The notes beneath the pieces are model-generated. The model was not told where the DNA came from. It saw nothing but the letters and a program-made list of their open reading frames with translations, and made no database searches. The position numbers were made by a program, and so were the translations under genes. From Escherichia phage vB_EcoM_VR26, in the sequence record NC_028957.1: a stretch of DNA of 64,000 nt; one strand, 5' to 3'. Below are positions 9,168 through 17,779 of this stretch, in pieces (positions within the stretch are counted from its first letter, which is position 1; every line of letters begins with the position of its first letter).

Positions 9168-10448
9168 ATGGCAAAGATTAACAAATTACTGCGCGAGTCA
9201 ACTACCACTACCAGCAACTCCTTGGGCCGCCCGAATCTTGTTGCTTTGACCCGTGCTACAACCAAATTGATTTACCGCGATATTATCGCTGAACAACGTA
9301 CTAACCAGCCAGTTGCTGCGCTGTACGGTGTTAAATATCTTACTCCTGATAATGAATTCAGTTTCCAGACTGGTGCTACTTATGGTGGTGAAGTTGGTTC
9401 TAAAGACCGTGAAACAATTCCGGAATTTACAACCCCAACTCAGGCCGTAGCTAAAGGTGGATACATTAAATTCCAGAATATCGTTTATAAAGCTCTGGTT
9501 GATAATCCATTTGCATCGACCACAGAAACAGTGTTATCTGATGTTCTGCAAGAAGGTCTTGTTGCATTAACTATTCGTTTAGTTCCTGATGCTGCACACA
9601 CCGAAAAATTTGAAGCTGGTGATGTTGAAATTAGTAACGCCGTGTTCCAGGTTAATAAATGGAATGCTCCTGTTAAATCCCGTAAATTGAAAACTGCATT
9701 AACTGTTGAGCTTGCTCAGGATATGGAAGCAAATGGCTTTAATGCTCCTGCATTCCTGGAAGACCTGCTTGCTACTATTATGGCAGATGAAATTAACAAA
9801 GATGTTCTTCAGTCTCTTATTACCGTTTCCAAGCGTTATAAAGTAACTGGCGTTTCTGACAATGGCACCATCGATTTAACATATGATGCAGCTCCAGAAG
9901 GTGCACGTAAACTGTACGAACTGGTTTGTGAAATGAACTCTGAAATTCAGAAAACTACATCTTACTCTGGTACATTCGTTGTTGCCTCAAGTCGTGTGGC
10001 TGCGATGCTCGCCGGTTCCGGTTGGTTGAAACATAAACCTGAAGATGAACAATGGCTCCCGGAAACCGCGTATGGTTATTTGATTAATGGTCTTCCTGTA
10101 TTCTGTGATGTTAACAGCCCATTGGATTATGTGACTGTTGGTGTTAAAGAGAATTATGGTGGTAACGAGGTCGTGGGCTCAATTTTCTATGCTCCTTATA
10201 CAGAAGGCCTGGACTTAGATGATGAAGAGCATGTAGGCGCGTTTAAGGTCATTGTGGACCCAGACAGCTTGCAGCCATCTATCTCCCTGATGGTTCGATA
10301 TGCACTTTCAGCTAACCCTTACACCGTTGCTAAAGACGACAAAGAAGCTCGTATTATCGATGCAACTAATATGGATTTAATGGCTGGCCAGAGCAACATG
10401 TCTTATCTGCTCGGTGTTAAACTTCCACCAATCATTTATGAGGCGTAA
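9168..10448 (+). CDS. 24: Head vertex protein gp24 (copy 1)
   Basis: 426 aa; N-terminus MAKINKLLRESTTT..., close to remembered T4 gp24 (427 aa). Confidence 0.93.
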   Translation: MAKINKLLRESTTTTSNSLGRPNLVALTRATTKLIYRDIIAEQRTNQPVAALYGVKYLTPDNEFSFQTGATYGGEVGSKDRETIPEFTTPTQAVAKGGYIKFQNIVYKALVDNPFASTTETVLSDVLQEGLVALTIRLVPDAAHTEKFEAGDVEISNAVFQVNKWNAPVKSRKLKTALTVELAQDMEANGFNAPAFLEDLLATIMADEINKDVLQSLITVSKRYKVTGVSDNGTIDLTYDAAPEGARKLYELVCEMNSEIQKTTSYSGTFVVASSRVAAMLAGSGWLKHKPEDEQWLPETAYGYLINGLPVFCDVNSPLDYVTVGVKENYGGNEVVGSIFYAPYTEGLDLDDEEHVGAFKVIVDPDSLQPSISLMVRYALSANPYTVAKDDKEARIIDATNMDLMAGQSNMSYLLGVKLPPIIYEA

Positions 10449-11732
10449 ATGCAAAAGATTAACGCACTAATTCACGAATCAACATTAACGGCGGCCAACC
10501 AGGTCGCCCGTCCTAATTTGCTTTCTTATACTCGAGCTACGAATAAACGAATTTTTAAAGCTCTCGTGGCCGAACAGAAAACTACTCAGCCAGTTGCAGC
10601 GCTGTATGGCGTTCGTGTTCTGAACCCAGATGATAAAATGACTTATCTTGGTGGAGCAACGTTTGCCGGTCAAATTGGTATGTTCGAGCGTAAGAATATT
10701 CCAGAATTTACGAACAAAGACGAAGCTTATGCAGTCGGCGATATGTTCCAGTTTGAAAGCATTGTATTCAAAGCTTTGGAAGCTTCTCCTTTTGCCGGGA
10801 CCCTCGAAACTGATTTGGGTGAAGTTATTTCTGAAGCCATTGCGGCTGGCCATATAAGAATGATGTCAGATGCGGCTTTCACTGATAAATTTGAACAAGG
10901 ACATCCTGAAATTGCTGAAGCCGGTTTCCGTATCGATAAATGGCAGACTGAAGTTAAATCCAGAAAACTGAAAACCTCTTTAACCGTTGAGCTTGCGCAA
11001 GACCTGGAAGCAAATGGTTTCGACGCAACAGATTTTATTGATAATATCCTTGGCATTCAAATGGCAGAGGAAATTAATAAGGACGTACTGCAATCTTTAA
11101 TTACCGTAAGTTCACGTTTTAAAGTCCAGGGTGTTTCCGAAAAAGGTGTACTTAATCTTACTGATGCCGCTTATGATAATGCTCAGGACCGTGCTCGAAC
11201 TCTGTATTATTATATGTGCGAAATGAATTCCGCAGTTCAACGTCAGACTTCGTTCGCTGGTACATATGCAGTCGCTTCTTCCCGTTGTGCAGCTATTTTA
11301 GCCGCTTCTGGCTGGGTTGAGAAAAAGGAAGACCAAGATGAATTGGCCTATGGTGTTCTGAAGAACGGTTTGCCACTTTATGCAGATATGAATAGCCCGT
11401 GCGATTATGTTATTGTTGGTGTAAATGCTGATATGGGTGAAGGCCAGACGGTCGCATCTTTGTATTATGCGCCTTATACGGAAGGTCTTAGTGAAGTTGA
11501 TGATGAGGGTGACACCTCGGTTGGGGAATTCAAGGTTATTGTTGACCCTGAAAGTTTACAGCCTACAGTTGCATTGTTAGCTCGTTATGCACTGACTGCG
11601 AACCCTTATACCGTTGCTAAAGACGATAAAGAAGCTCGCATTATTGATGGGGCTGATATGGATAAGATGGCTAACCAAAGTCAATTGAGTTCTTATCTTG
11701 GTGTTAAACTTCCACCACTGGAAAAAGAATAA
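10449..11732 (+). CDS. Head vertex protein gp24 paralog (copy 2)
   Basis: 427 aa, collinear similarity to copy 1 along whole length (shared KSRKLKT.LTVELAQD.EANGF, INKDVLQSLITVS, NPYTVAKDDKEARIID); directly abutting copy 1. Confidence 0.9.
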   Translation: MQKINALIHESTLTAANQVARPNLLSYTRATNKRIFKALVAEQKTTQPVAALYGVRVLNPDDKMTYLGGATFAGQIGMFERKNIPEFTNKDEAYAVGDMFQFESIVFKALEASPFAGTLETDLGEVISEAIAAGHIRMMSDAAFTDKFEQGHPEIAEAGFRIDKWQTEVKSRKLKTSLTVELAQDLEANGFDATDFIDNILGIQMAEEINKDVLQSLITVSSRFKVQGVSEKGVLNLTDAAYDNAQDRARTLYYYMCEMNSAVQRQTSFAGTYAVASSRCAAILAASGWVEKKEDQDELAYGVLKNGLPLYADMNSPCDYVIVGVNADMGEGQTVASLYYAPYTEGLSEVDDEGDTSVGEFKVIVDPESLQPTVALLARYALTANPYTVAKDDKEARIIDGADMDKMANQSQLSSYLGVKLPPLEKE

Positions 11733-11752
11733 GGGCCTTGCGGCCCTTTTTA
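11733..11752. terminator. Bidirectional terminator between gene 24 paralog and rnlB
   Basis: GGGCC-ttgc-GGCCC hairpin followed by TTTTT. Confidence 0.7.
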
Positions 11753-12757
11753 TTAACTAATTAATGCAATCCAAACATGTCTTAATGTATCTCTTACATT
11801 TGCAATGAGTTGCTTTTTAACTTCAACAGGATTTTCTGCATCGGTTAATTCTAATTCTTCACGGGACGCCTCTTCCAAAATATCTTGGGCTGTTAGTCCC
11901 ATTACCTTTCCGAAATCCTTAGGCGTTACTTCACCAATCTTACTGATAACATTGTTAATACGGTTAACAGTCACATAATCAGTGAATTGCCACAGCAGGT
12001 CCATGTCATCTTGGGACAACACAACAGCAGCCTTGATAGGCTTATCAGACTTTTTCTTTTCGCTAAATTTAGAGTTCTTACATTTAATCGCTACGCGCTC
12101 ACCATTAGGTAACCAGGCAGGAGTATCAGGTTTAAGAACATACCCTTCTGCAGTGAATACTTTACCTTCAACCTTTGCGTCAAAATCGGTGGTATTCGCG
12201 GTAGTCAAACCCGCATTATCTACTGTAAAATTGTAATCAGGAACCACAGAATCCAGGTCGTTAGGGAGCTTAATCAAGTCTTCAAAGCTACCCGTAGCCA
12301 GGCGTGGGGCAACCTTAAATTTATGGATAATACAGAAGGCTTCCATCAATGAATCAGTCAAAACAGATTCAGAGCCATCTTCCTTAGTAACGCGGATATC
12401 AAATACATAGAAATCTTTGTCACCATAATCCACATTCTTCTGGATACCGGCCCCGGCAAACTCACCATAAATTTGGTATGATTGATAATTAATATCCTGT
12501 AAAAGTCTCTGCACAGTTTTAATGGAATCTGCATAGTTCTTGAGTACAATTTCGTAGCCATAGAAATCTTCTGCAGGTGGGATAGGTCCAGTGCGTTTCG
12601 CACATGTCACATTGTCTTGTTCAATGATTAATGAAAAGTTGGTGCCATGAATCTTTTCACGCGCTACCCATTCACCGCTGGTGAAGCCTTGCAGGCGAAT
12701 CTTTTCAATGAACTTGTTGTTATAGTGATTTTCAAGGCTGTTGTATTTCTTAAACAT
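11753..12757 (-). CDS. rnlB: RNA ligase 2 (Rnl2)
   Basis: 334 aa, same as T4 Rnl2; nucleotidyltransferase motif I KIHGTN; N-terminus near-identical to remembered T4 Rnl2. Confidence 0.9.
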   Translation of the reverse strand: MFKKYNSLENHYNNKFIEKIRLQGFTSGEWVAREKIHGTNFSLIIEQDNVTCAKRTGPIPPAEDFYGYEIVLKNYADSIKTVQRLLQDINYQSYQIYGEFAGAGIQKNVDYGDKDFYVFDIRVTKEDGSESVLTDSLMEAFCIIHKFKVAPRLATGSFEDLIKLPNDLDSVVPDYNFTVDNAGLTTANTTDFDAKVEGKVFTAEGYVLKPDTPAWLPNGERVAIKCKNSKFSEKKKSDKPIKAAVVLSQDDMDLLWQFTDYVTVNRINNVISKIGEVTPKDFGKVMGLTAQDILEEASREELELTDAENPVEVKKQLIANVRDTLRHVWIALIS

Positions 12758-12854
12758 AATCTCTCACTTTTGATGTTATAAATATCATTATAAATTATAC
12801 CCTCTATACTTTCTTTCTCTGAAAGGAATTAATCGTATCGGAAGGTCTAGAACC

Positions 12855-12882
12855 ATTATACCACAATTTTATTTGAAGCAAA
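12855..12882 (-). promoter_or_regulatory. T4 middle-type promoter (MotA box TGCTTCA, spacer, -10 TATAAT)
   Basis: Minus strand tttTGCTTCAaataaaattgtggTATAAT upstream of rnlB. Confidence 0.55.
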
Positions 12883-12886
12883 AAGG

Positions 12887-13150
12887 TCAGAATTTTACAT
12901 ACAGCATTGGTTTGTTATCTTGCCAGTCATAATTCCAGGTAAATGATGTAAATTTTTCTGCCCGCAGAAAATCAGATATCTTTGTGCGGTTTCCCTCTTC
13001 ATACTCTTTTTCAGAAACTGCCATATTAACAGCATCTTTGCCATTCTCAGCAGCGGCAATAGCCACTTTGCGAAATATAACAATAAAGTCATTTGCAACT
13101 TTATCTTGTGATTCTTTAGCCATTTGACGTAGTTCTTCTGCGAATGTCAT
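12887..13150 (-). CDS. Hypothetical protein (24.2 position)
   Basis: 87-aa ORF, ATG start, coupled to upstream ORF by ATGA overlap. Confidence 0.5.
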   Translation of the reverse strand: MTFAEELRQMAKESQDKVANDFIVIFRKVAIAAAENGKDAVNMAVSEKEYEEGNRTKISDFLRAEKFTSFTWNYDWQDNKPMLYVKF

Positions 13151-13350
13151 TTCTTCACCTTTTTGTTAAACAACCGCTTGCGGTATACGATTTTCTCTCG
13201 TGACTTGAACTTTTCTTTAGCTTGTTCAACATCAACCCATGCCTTTGCCATTTCTTTAGCGGTCCCGCCTAATACCTTGGCGATTTCAATAAATGTCATA
13301 CCAGTTTCATGCAGGAAATGTACTTTAACCTTATTCATAACCATTCTCAT
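13147..13350 (-). CDS. Hypothetical small basic protein, possible helix-turn-helix (24.3 position)
   Basis: 67-aa ORF, ATG start; basic C-terminus. Confidence 0.5.
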   Translation of the reverse strand: MRMVMNKVKVHFLHETGMTFIEIAKVLGGTAKEMAKAWVDVEQAKEKFKSREKIVYRKRLFNKKVKK

Positions 13351-13487
13351 GTTGAGTTAGTGAAGCTATCTTAACATGGAATTTTTAACTTGTAAACAGG
13401 AGTTTTATGCCAGATATTCTTGAACGTAAAGATTTACTTTACAACCGTCACTACCTTAATAAATATTAAATTAATAACGGAGGATTT

Positions 13488-15014
13488 ATGACACAAACTA
13501 CAGGTGAAAAAGAAGGCGTATTTTACGGTTATTCTCTTTATGATTTGAATAAAGAAAAACTAATAACTTTTGATGAATTACTTACGGGTATTCAAGGAGA
13601 GCCCGGAGAAAATGGCGATATTGGACCAAAAGGCCCTATTGGTTTAACAGGTCCTCAAGGACCGAAAGGTGATATCGGGTCAAAAGGTATTAAAGGTGAT
13701 ACAGGTCCTCAAGGTATTCAAGGGCCCGCTGGCCCACAAGGTCCTCAGGGAGAAAAGGGAGTCCAAGGTTTAGCTGGAGTCCAAGGCATTCAAGGACCAG
13801 TCGGCCACCAAGGAGTGAAAGGTGATACCGGCCCTCAAGGTATTCAAGGACCGAAAGGTGATACAGGAGCACAAGGCCCACAAGGTGACAAAGGCGAAAT
13901 GGGTCCGGTGGGTCCGGCTGGTCTAACATGGAAAGGAACATGGGACGCTGATGTAGAGTATTCTATAAATGAGGCTGTCGGATATGGTGGTTCTTTATAT
14001 TTCGCCAAAACAAAAGTTCCTAATGGCGAAATACCAACACCGACTTCTAACTATTGGGGTGTTTTGGCTACCGAGGGTCCACAAGGTCCACAAGGTCAAC
14101 AAGGTCTTAAAGGTGATACCGGTCCTCAAGGTATTCAAGGACCTGTAGGGCCTGTAGGGCCGCAGGGTATTCAGGGACCAAGAGGACTTCAAGGGTCAGA
14201 AGGTGAAATAGGACCGCGGGGTATTCAAGGGCTAAAAGGCGAAACTGGGCCCGCTGGTCCACAGGGTATTCAAGGGCTAAAAGGCGAGGTGGGTGCTCAG
14301 GGTCCTTCTGGTTCTCCTGGACTTACAGGACCAGAAGGACCTCGTGGGTTAACAGGCGAAGCTGGAGCTCAAGGACCTCGTGGTGCTATAGGTCCTATCG
14401 GTTTAACAGGTCCTATCGGTTTAACGGGTCCTCAAGGTATTCAAGGTCCGAAAGGTGATACAGGTCCTCAAGGCTTACAAGGTCCTCAAGGCTTACGAGG
14501 TATTCAAGGAGCTCCTGGAGTAAAAGGAGAAGCGGGTGCACAAGGTCCGAAAGGTGATACAGGAGCACAAGGTCCTATTGGTTTAACTGGACCTAAAGGT
14601 GATACAGGCCCGAGCCCTTATACTGTTTATAATTATTCTAATGTTGCAACTGGTTATGCTGAAATGGTTATGCCTGGTGTGTCATCAAACACAGTATTTA
14701 GACTTCGTTCAGTTGGAACTAATATAGAATATAGTGTTCTAAGTAAAGGCGGAGCTAATAGATATGTAGATTGGCACTTTTCAATTCCAAGTGTTTCCGG
14801 CAATACAGTAAGTACTAATAGCGGAACTAATACATTAACTCCTACAGGTAATTTTACTATTGTGGCGACCGCTTATAATGGACTAAGGGGATTTACAATA
14901 ACATTATGCGAGTGGGGTTCAAGAGCTATTGTTGATATCACTGTTTATCATCATGGGCGTTCGGGAGACACAACCAAAGCTGTGGCTATTCGTATGACTA
15001 CTACAAAATACTAA
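13488..15014 (+). CDS. Collagen-like triple-helix repeat protein with carbohydrate-binding-like insert and C-terminal globular domain
   Basis: 508 aa; two Gly-X-Y tracts (37 and 60 triplets) separated by a W.GTW....Y..N..V.Y.GS.Y insert resembling CBM5/12-type motifs; about 130-aa non-repetitive C-terminal domain; GGAGG Shine-Dalgarno. Confidence 0.85.
   Translation: MTQTTGEKEGVFYGYSLYDLNKEKLITFDELLTGIQGEPGENGDIGPKGPIGLTGPQGPKGDIGSKGIKGDTGPQGIQGPAGPQGPQGEKGVQGLAGVQGIQGPVGHQGVKGDTGPQGIQGPKGDTGAQGPQGDKGEMGPVGPAGLTWKGTWDADVEYSINEAVGYGGSLYFAKTKVPNGEIPTPTSNYWGVLATEGPQGPQGQQGLKGDTGPQGIQGPVGPVGPQGIQGPRGLQGSEGEIGPRGIQGLKGETGPAGPQGIQGLKGEVGAQGPSGSPGLTGPEGPRGLTGEAGAQGPRGAIGPIGLTGPIGLTGPQGIQGPKGDTGPQGLQGPQGLRGIQGAPGVKGEAGAQGPKGDTGAQGPIGLTGPKGDTGPSPYTVYNYSNVATGYAEMVMPGVSSNTVFRLRSVGTNIEYSVLSKGGANRYVDWHFSIPSVSGNTVSTNSGTNTLTPTGNFTIVATAYNGLRGFTITLCEWGSRAIVDITVYHHGRSGDTTKAVAIRMTTTKY
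13596..13928 (+). repeat. Collagen Gly-X-Y coding triplet array 1 (37 triplets)
   Basis: Uninterrupted GXY repeats with recurring GPQGIQG/GDTGPQG units. Confidence 0.9.
14076..14615 (+). repeat. Collagen Gly-X-Y coding triplet array 2 (60 triplets, includes tandem GPIGLTGPIGLTGP)
   Basis: Uninterrupted GXY repeats; direct DNA repeat ggtcctatcggtttaac x2 near 14390. Confidence 0.9.
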
Positions 15015-15023
15015 GGAGCTTTA

Positions 15024-15887
15024 ATGGAACCGGTTAAAGCTGTGTTAGAGCCTGATGTAATAGATGTGGAATATGGTAATACATACTCGGCTACTGTAAC
15101 TCTGTCTCCTATAGAAAATATTCCAGATGGTTCCGTGATAAGATATGATTGGGTTGTTAATAACAAGTTCGTTGGTACGGGTGAAGCTACTCGTACCACC
15201 CAACCATCTCAGACCGGAAATTATGTATTATCATGTAGAGTATTCATTACTCCGCCTAATGAAAATACTGTAATGGTAACAACTAATAAATCATATGGGT
15301 ATGTATATAAAAATTCCGATACAAGTCCAGTAGATGCAGAAATATTATATGATAACAAGATATACCAAGTAGGAAGCAAAGTTAGATTATTAGCCGTTGC
15401 CAATAACCCAGATACCAACTTTGTTAAAGGTATTATATGGAAGGATGCTGATGGTAAGATAATAGGTATAGGTCGGGAATATATCCATACAATGCAATCA
15501 GAGTATGATATAGTTCGAGCTAAAGTTACAATGGATTCGCCTATAAGAGATGAATTTAGTAAGAACTTTACTATACATTTGTACGCTATAAATGTTCAAG
15601 AAGGAACATGTATAAGATATATTCATCCTTTAGACCACAGGGATGCAGGATTTATCTGGTGTGGTTGGTGGGTTATGGATGAAATCCAACGAGCGATAAA
15701 ACTTGGGCTGGATTGGAAAAATCCAAAAGAGCTAGATTTAAATTACAAGTGTGATTTAGAGACATTAGCGTTATTGCTCAAGACATATCCTGAAGCCGAA
15801 GTTCAAGAATCAAGACACGGATATATAATAACCAGACTACAAATTGAGACTGGCGGAATATATGAAAAACCATATGAAGTAAAATAA
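15024..15887 (+). CDS. Hoc-like decoration protein paralog (Ig-like N-terminal region plus Hoc-type capsid-binding C-terminal domain)
   Basis: 287 aa; C-terminal HPLDHRDAGFIWCGWWVMDEIQ...YPEAEVQESRHGYII matches Hoc C-terminus (YVHPLP...YIWCGWWVMD...YPEVDVQESRNG); AGGAG Shine-Dalgarno; 9 nt after collagen-like gene. Confidence 0.8.
   Translation: MEPVKAVLEPDVIDVEYGNTYSATVTLSPIENIPDGSVIRYDWVVNNKFVGTGEATRTTQPSQTGNYVLSCRVFITPPNENTVMVTTNKSYGYVYKNSDTSPVDAEILYDNKIYQVGSKVRLLAVANNPDTNFVKGIIWKDADGKIIGIGREYIHTMQSEYDIVRAKVTMDSPIRDEFSKNFTIHLYAINVQEGTCIRYIHPLDHRDAGFIWCGWWVMDEIQRAIKLGLDWKNPKELDLNYKCDLETLALLLKTYPEAEVQESRHGYIITRLQIETGGIYEKPYEVK
15657..15679 (+). repeat. 23-bp perfect inverted repeat, arm 1 (TGGTGTGGTTGGTGGGTTATGGA, encodes WCGWWVMD)
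   Basis: Exact reverse complement present at about 16112..16134 inside hoc. Confidence 0.85.
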
Positions 15888-15910
15888 AAAGGGCCGCAAG
15901 GCCCTTTTAT
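15888..15910. terminator. Bidirectional terminator between Hoc-like paralog and hoc
   Basis: GGGCC-gcaa-GGCCC hairpin flanked by A-run and T-run. Confidence 0.7.
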
Positions 15911-15912
15911 CA

Positions 15913-17016
15913 TTAATAGACGTAATCGTATATAATACCAGCTTCCAATGCCGAACGGTGGACGATACGACCGTTACGAGATTCCTGTACATCAACTTCC
16001 GGGTAATCACTAAGCATTTTGGCTAATACCGCCAGATGACAATAATATGGTGTATCCTCTTTAGTGGCTTTTTTCCAATCTGTACTTTCAGATGTTAATT
16101 TCTGAATAGCGTCCATAACCCACCAACCACACCAAATATACGCAGTATTACGGACAGGAAGTGGATGTACATAAATTAAAGGACATTCTTCTGGAACAAC
16201 AGGCTCTGCTTCTGTCACCGTAACAGACTTATTACCTGATTTAACTGAATTTGTAAAGCCTGTTTGTGATGCAGTAACTTCACAAGTATATGACTTCAAG
16301 CCTTCAGTGGATTCCGTTATTGCTCTTGTTGCTTCTGTTGAGTTGTCGTCCCATTTATATGCAAGAGTAGCGCCAGGAATAGCAGGGGACACAGAAGCTG
16401 TCAAATTGAATGGAACATCAACCGTTGCAGTAGACGGGCCTGAAATCTCAACAGTGAACTCAGGGAATGTATTGTTTTCGACCGTAACAACTACTGCATC
16501 AGGATTAATAACTTGGTTGTCATAATCTGCAGCAGAAATGGTAATTTGACAAGTTAAAGAAACCGGCCCTGCAACAGTAGCAGTACGAGTAATATCTTTA
16601 GTAATTTCACCAGTAGACCACAAATATGCTATTGTAGCTCCACCAGGTTCACCTGTTACATTAGCCGAAGCGTTATATTCCTCGCCAACTTTAACGGTTG
16701 GAGTGGAAGTTGTTAATGTTGCAGTTGCAGACATAGTCTTGTTATTAACTGTAATAGTTGTTTGAGCCTCTGCCGTTTCAGGCTCTCCTTCTTCCGGCGT
16801 TGTGGTGGCAACAACTTTAATTACTTTTGAACCTGCTGGGCCAGCTGCAATATAATCCATAGTAGCAATAACAGAAGCTTGTGGAACCTCATCAACGGTC
16901 CATACAAAAGATTCGGTACCAGCGACAGCGGCTCCAGCCCCAGTAGCAGTAAAATTAGTTGTTGCACCTATAACCGCTGTAGGTGTTAAAGGGGCAATTG
17001 ATACAGTATAAGCCAT
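15913..17016 (-). CDS. hoc: Highly immunogenic outer capsid protein Hoc
   Basis: 367 aa (T4 Hoc 376 aa); N-terminus MAYTVSIAPLTPTAVIGATTNFTATG like T4 Hoc; Ig-like repeats; C-terminal capsid-binding domain. Confidence 0.88.
   Translation of the reverse strand: MAYTVSIAPLTPTAVIGATTNFTATGAGAAVAGTESFVWTVDEVPQASVIATMDYIAAGPAGSKVIKVVATTTPEEGEPETAEAQTTITVNNKTMSATATLTTSTPTVKVGEEYNASANVTGEPGGATIAYLWSTGEITKDITRTATVAGPVSLTCQITISAADYDNQVINPDAVVVTVENNTFPEFTVEISGPSTATVDVPFNLTASVSPAIPGATLAYKWDDNSTEATRAITESTEGLKSYTCEVTASQTGFTNSVKSGNKSVTVTEAEPVVPEECPLIYVHPLPVRNTAYIWCGWWVMDAIQKLTSESTDWKKATKEDTPYYCHLAVLAKMLSDYPEVDVQESRNGRIVHRSALEAGIIYDYVY
16112..16134 (-). repeat. 23-bp perfect inverted repeat, arm 2
   Basis: Reverse complement of 15657..15679. 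Confidence 0.85.
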
Positions 17017-17044
17017 AAAACCTCCAAGGGCCGAAGCCCTTTTG

Positions 17045-17725
17045 TTAATTTAAACGAATAAAAGATGAGTTACGTGTTTCACGAATAAGAATGGAACCGT
17101 CACGATTGATATAGTAAATCAAACTAAACAATGTTTGGTGTGCGCTTGCATGAGTAAAAGAAGTAGGGCGTTCTTTCCAGTCTGGGGTCTCTTTAATCCA
17201 CTGGTAAATCCACCAAGGGAGAGTACAATATCCAGGAGCTTTGCCCAGCATAAGCAGATTGGGGCTAAAATTTTTAGGCAGTGTAAATTTAGGAGTTTCA
17301 GCTTCGATGATTTGAGCGACAGCTTCTTCAAAGTCTTCGGAAACAAACGGCACTTCAATTTCAACGAGTTTAACTTCTGATTCAGGGACAACTTCCTGGG
17401 TAACTTCGACTACTTCAACGGGTGCTTCTGGAGCATCAAACAAAAGAACAGCTTCAGGTTTAGCTGATTCTTCACCTTCAAACTTACTACCTGATAATTC
17501 ATCATCGGCATTAATAAGGTCGGTGATGCTTAAGCCTTCGTTATCGTCCGGCATAGGCATGTCAGCAAATGCTTTAAGTCCTGCTTCCAGGTCAATCAAC
17601 ATATTATCGAAAGTTTTTGTTTTCTTAACATCAACACCAAGCGATGATGCATATTCAGCTAATTTTTCTTTGGCTTCTTTTTTCTCGAGGATACGAATTT
17701 CCTCAATATAGTTCTTGTCAATCAT
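17045..17725 (-). CDS. inh: Inh-like protein (inhibitor of prohead protease) with Hoc-related C-terminal domain
   Basis: 226 aa (T4 Inh 226 aa); position between hoc and uvsW; C-terminal LPWWIYQWIKETPDWK resembles the Hoc WCGWWVMD...DWK region. Confidence 0.7.
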   Translation of the reverse strand: MIDKNYIEEIRILEKKEAKEKLAEYASSLGVDVKKTKTFDNMLIDLEAGLKAFADMPMPDDNEGLSITDLINADDELSGSKFEGEESAKPEAVLLFDAPEAPVEVVEVTQEVVPESEVKLVEIEVPFVSEDFEEAVAQIIEAETPKFTLPKNFSPNLLMLGKAPGYCTLPWWIYQWIKETPDWKERPTSFTHASAHQTLFSLIYYINRDGSILIRETRNSSFIRLN

Positions 17726-17743
17726 GATGAACCTCGGTTAGTA

Positions 17744-17751
17744 TATAAATA
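17744..17751 (+). promoter_or_regulatory. T4-type late promoter TATAAATA for uvsW
   Basis: Exact TATAAATA about 30 nt before uvsW ATG. Confidence 0.6.
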
Positions 17752-17779
17752 TAGATATATTTATTACCTTGGAATCATC

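Noticed and set aside
13596-14615. CRISPR-like or tandem-repeat array
   Set aside because: Periodicity is 9 nt (Gly-X-Y codons) inside one long ORF with no spacer/repeat architecture; it is a collagen-coding repeat
17017-17044. Hairpin GGGCCGAAGCCC between hoc and inh as a terminator
   Set aside because: T-run lies on the plus strand while both flanking genes are on the minus strand; more likely an intercistronic stability or processing hairpin
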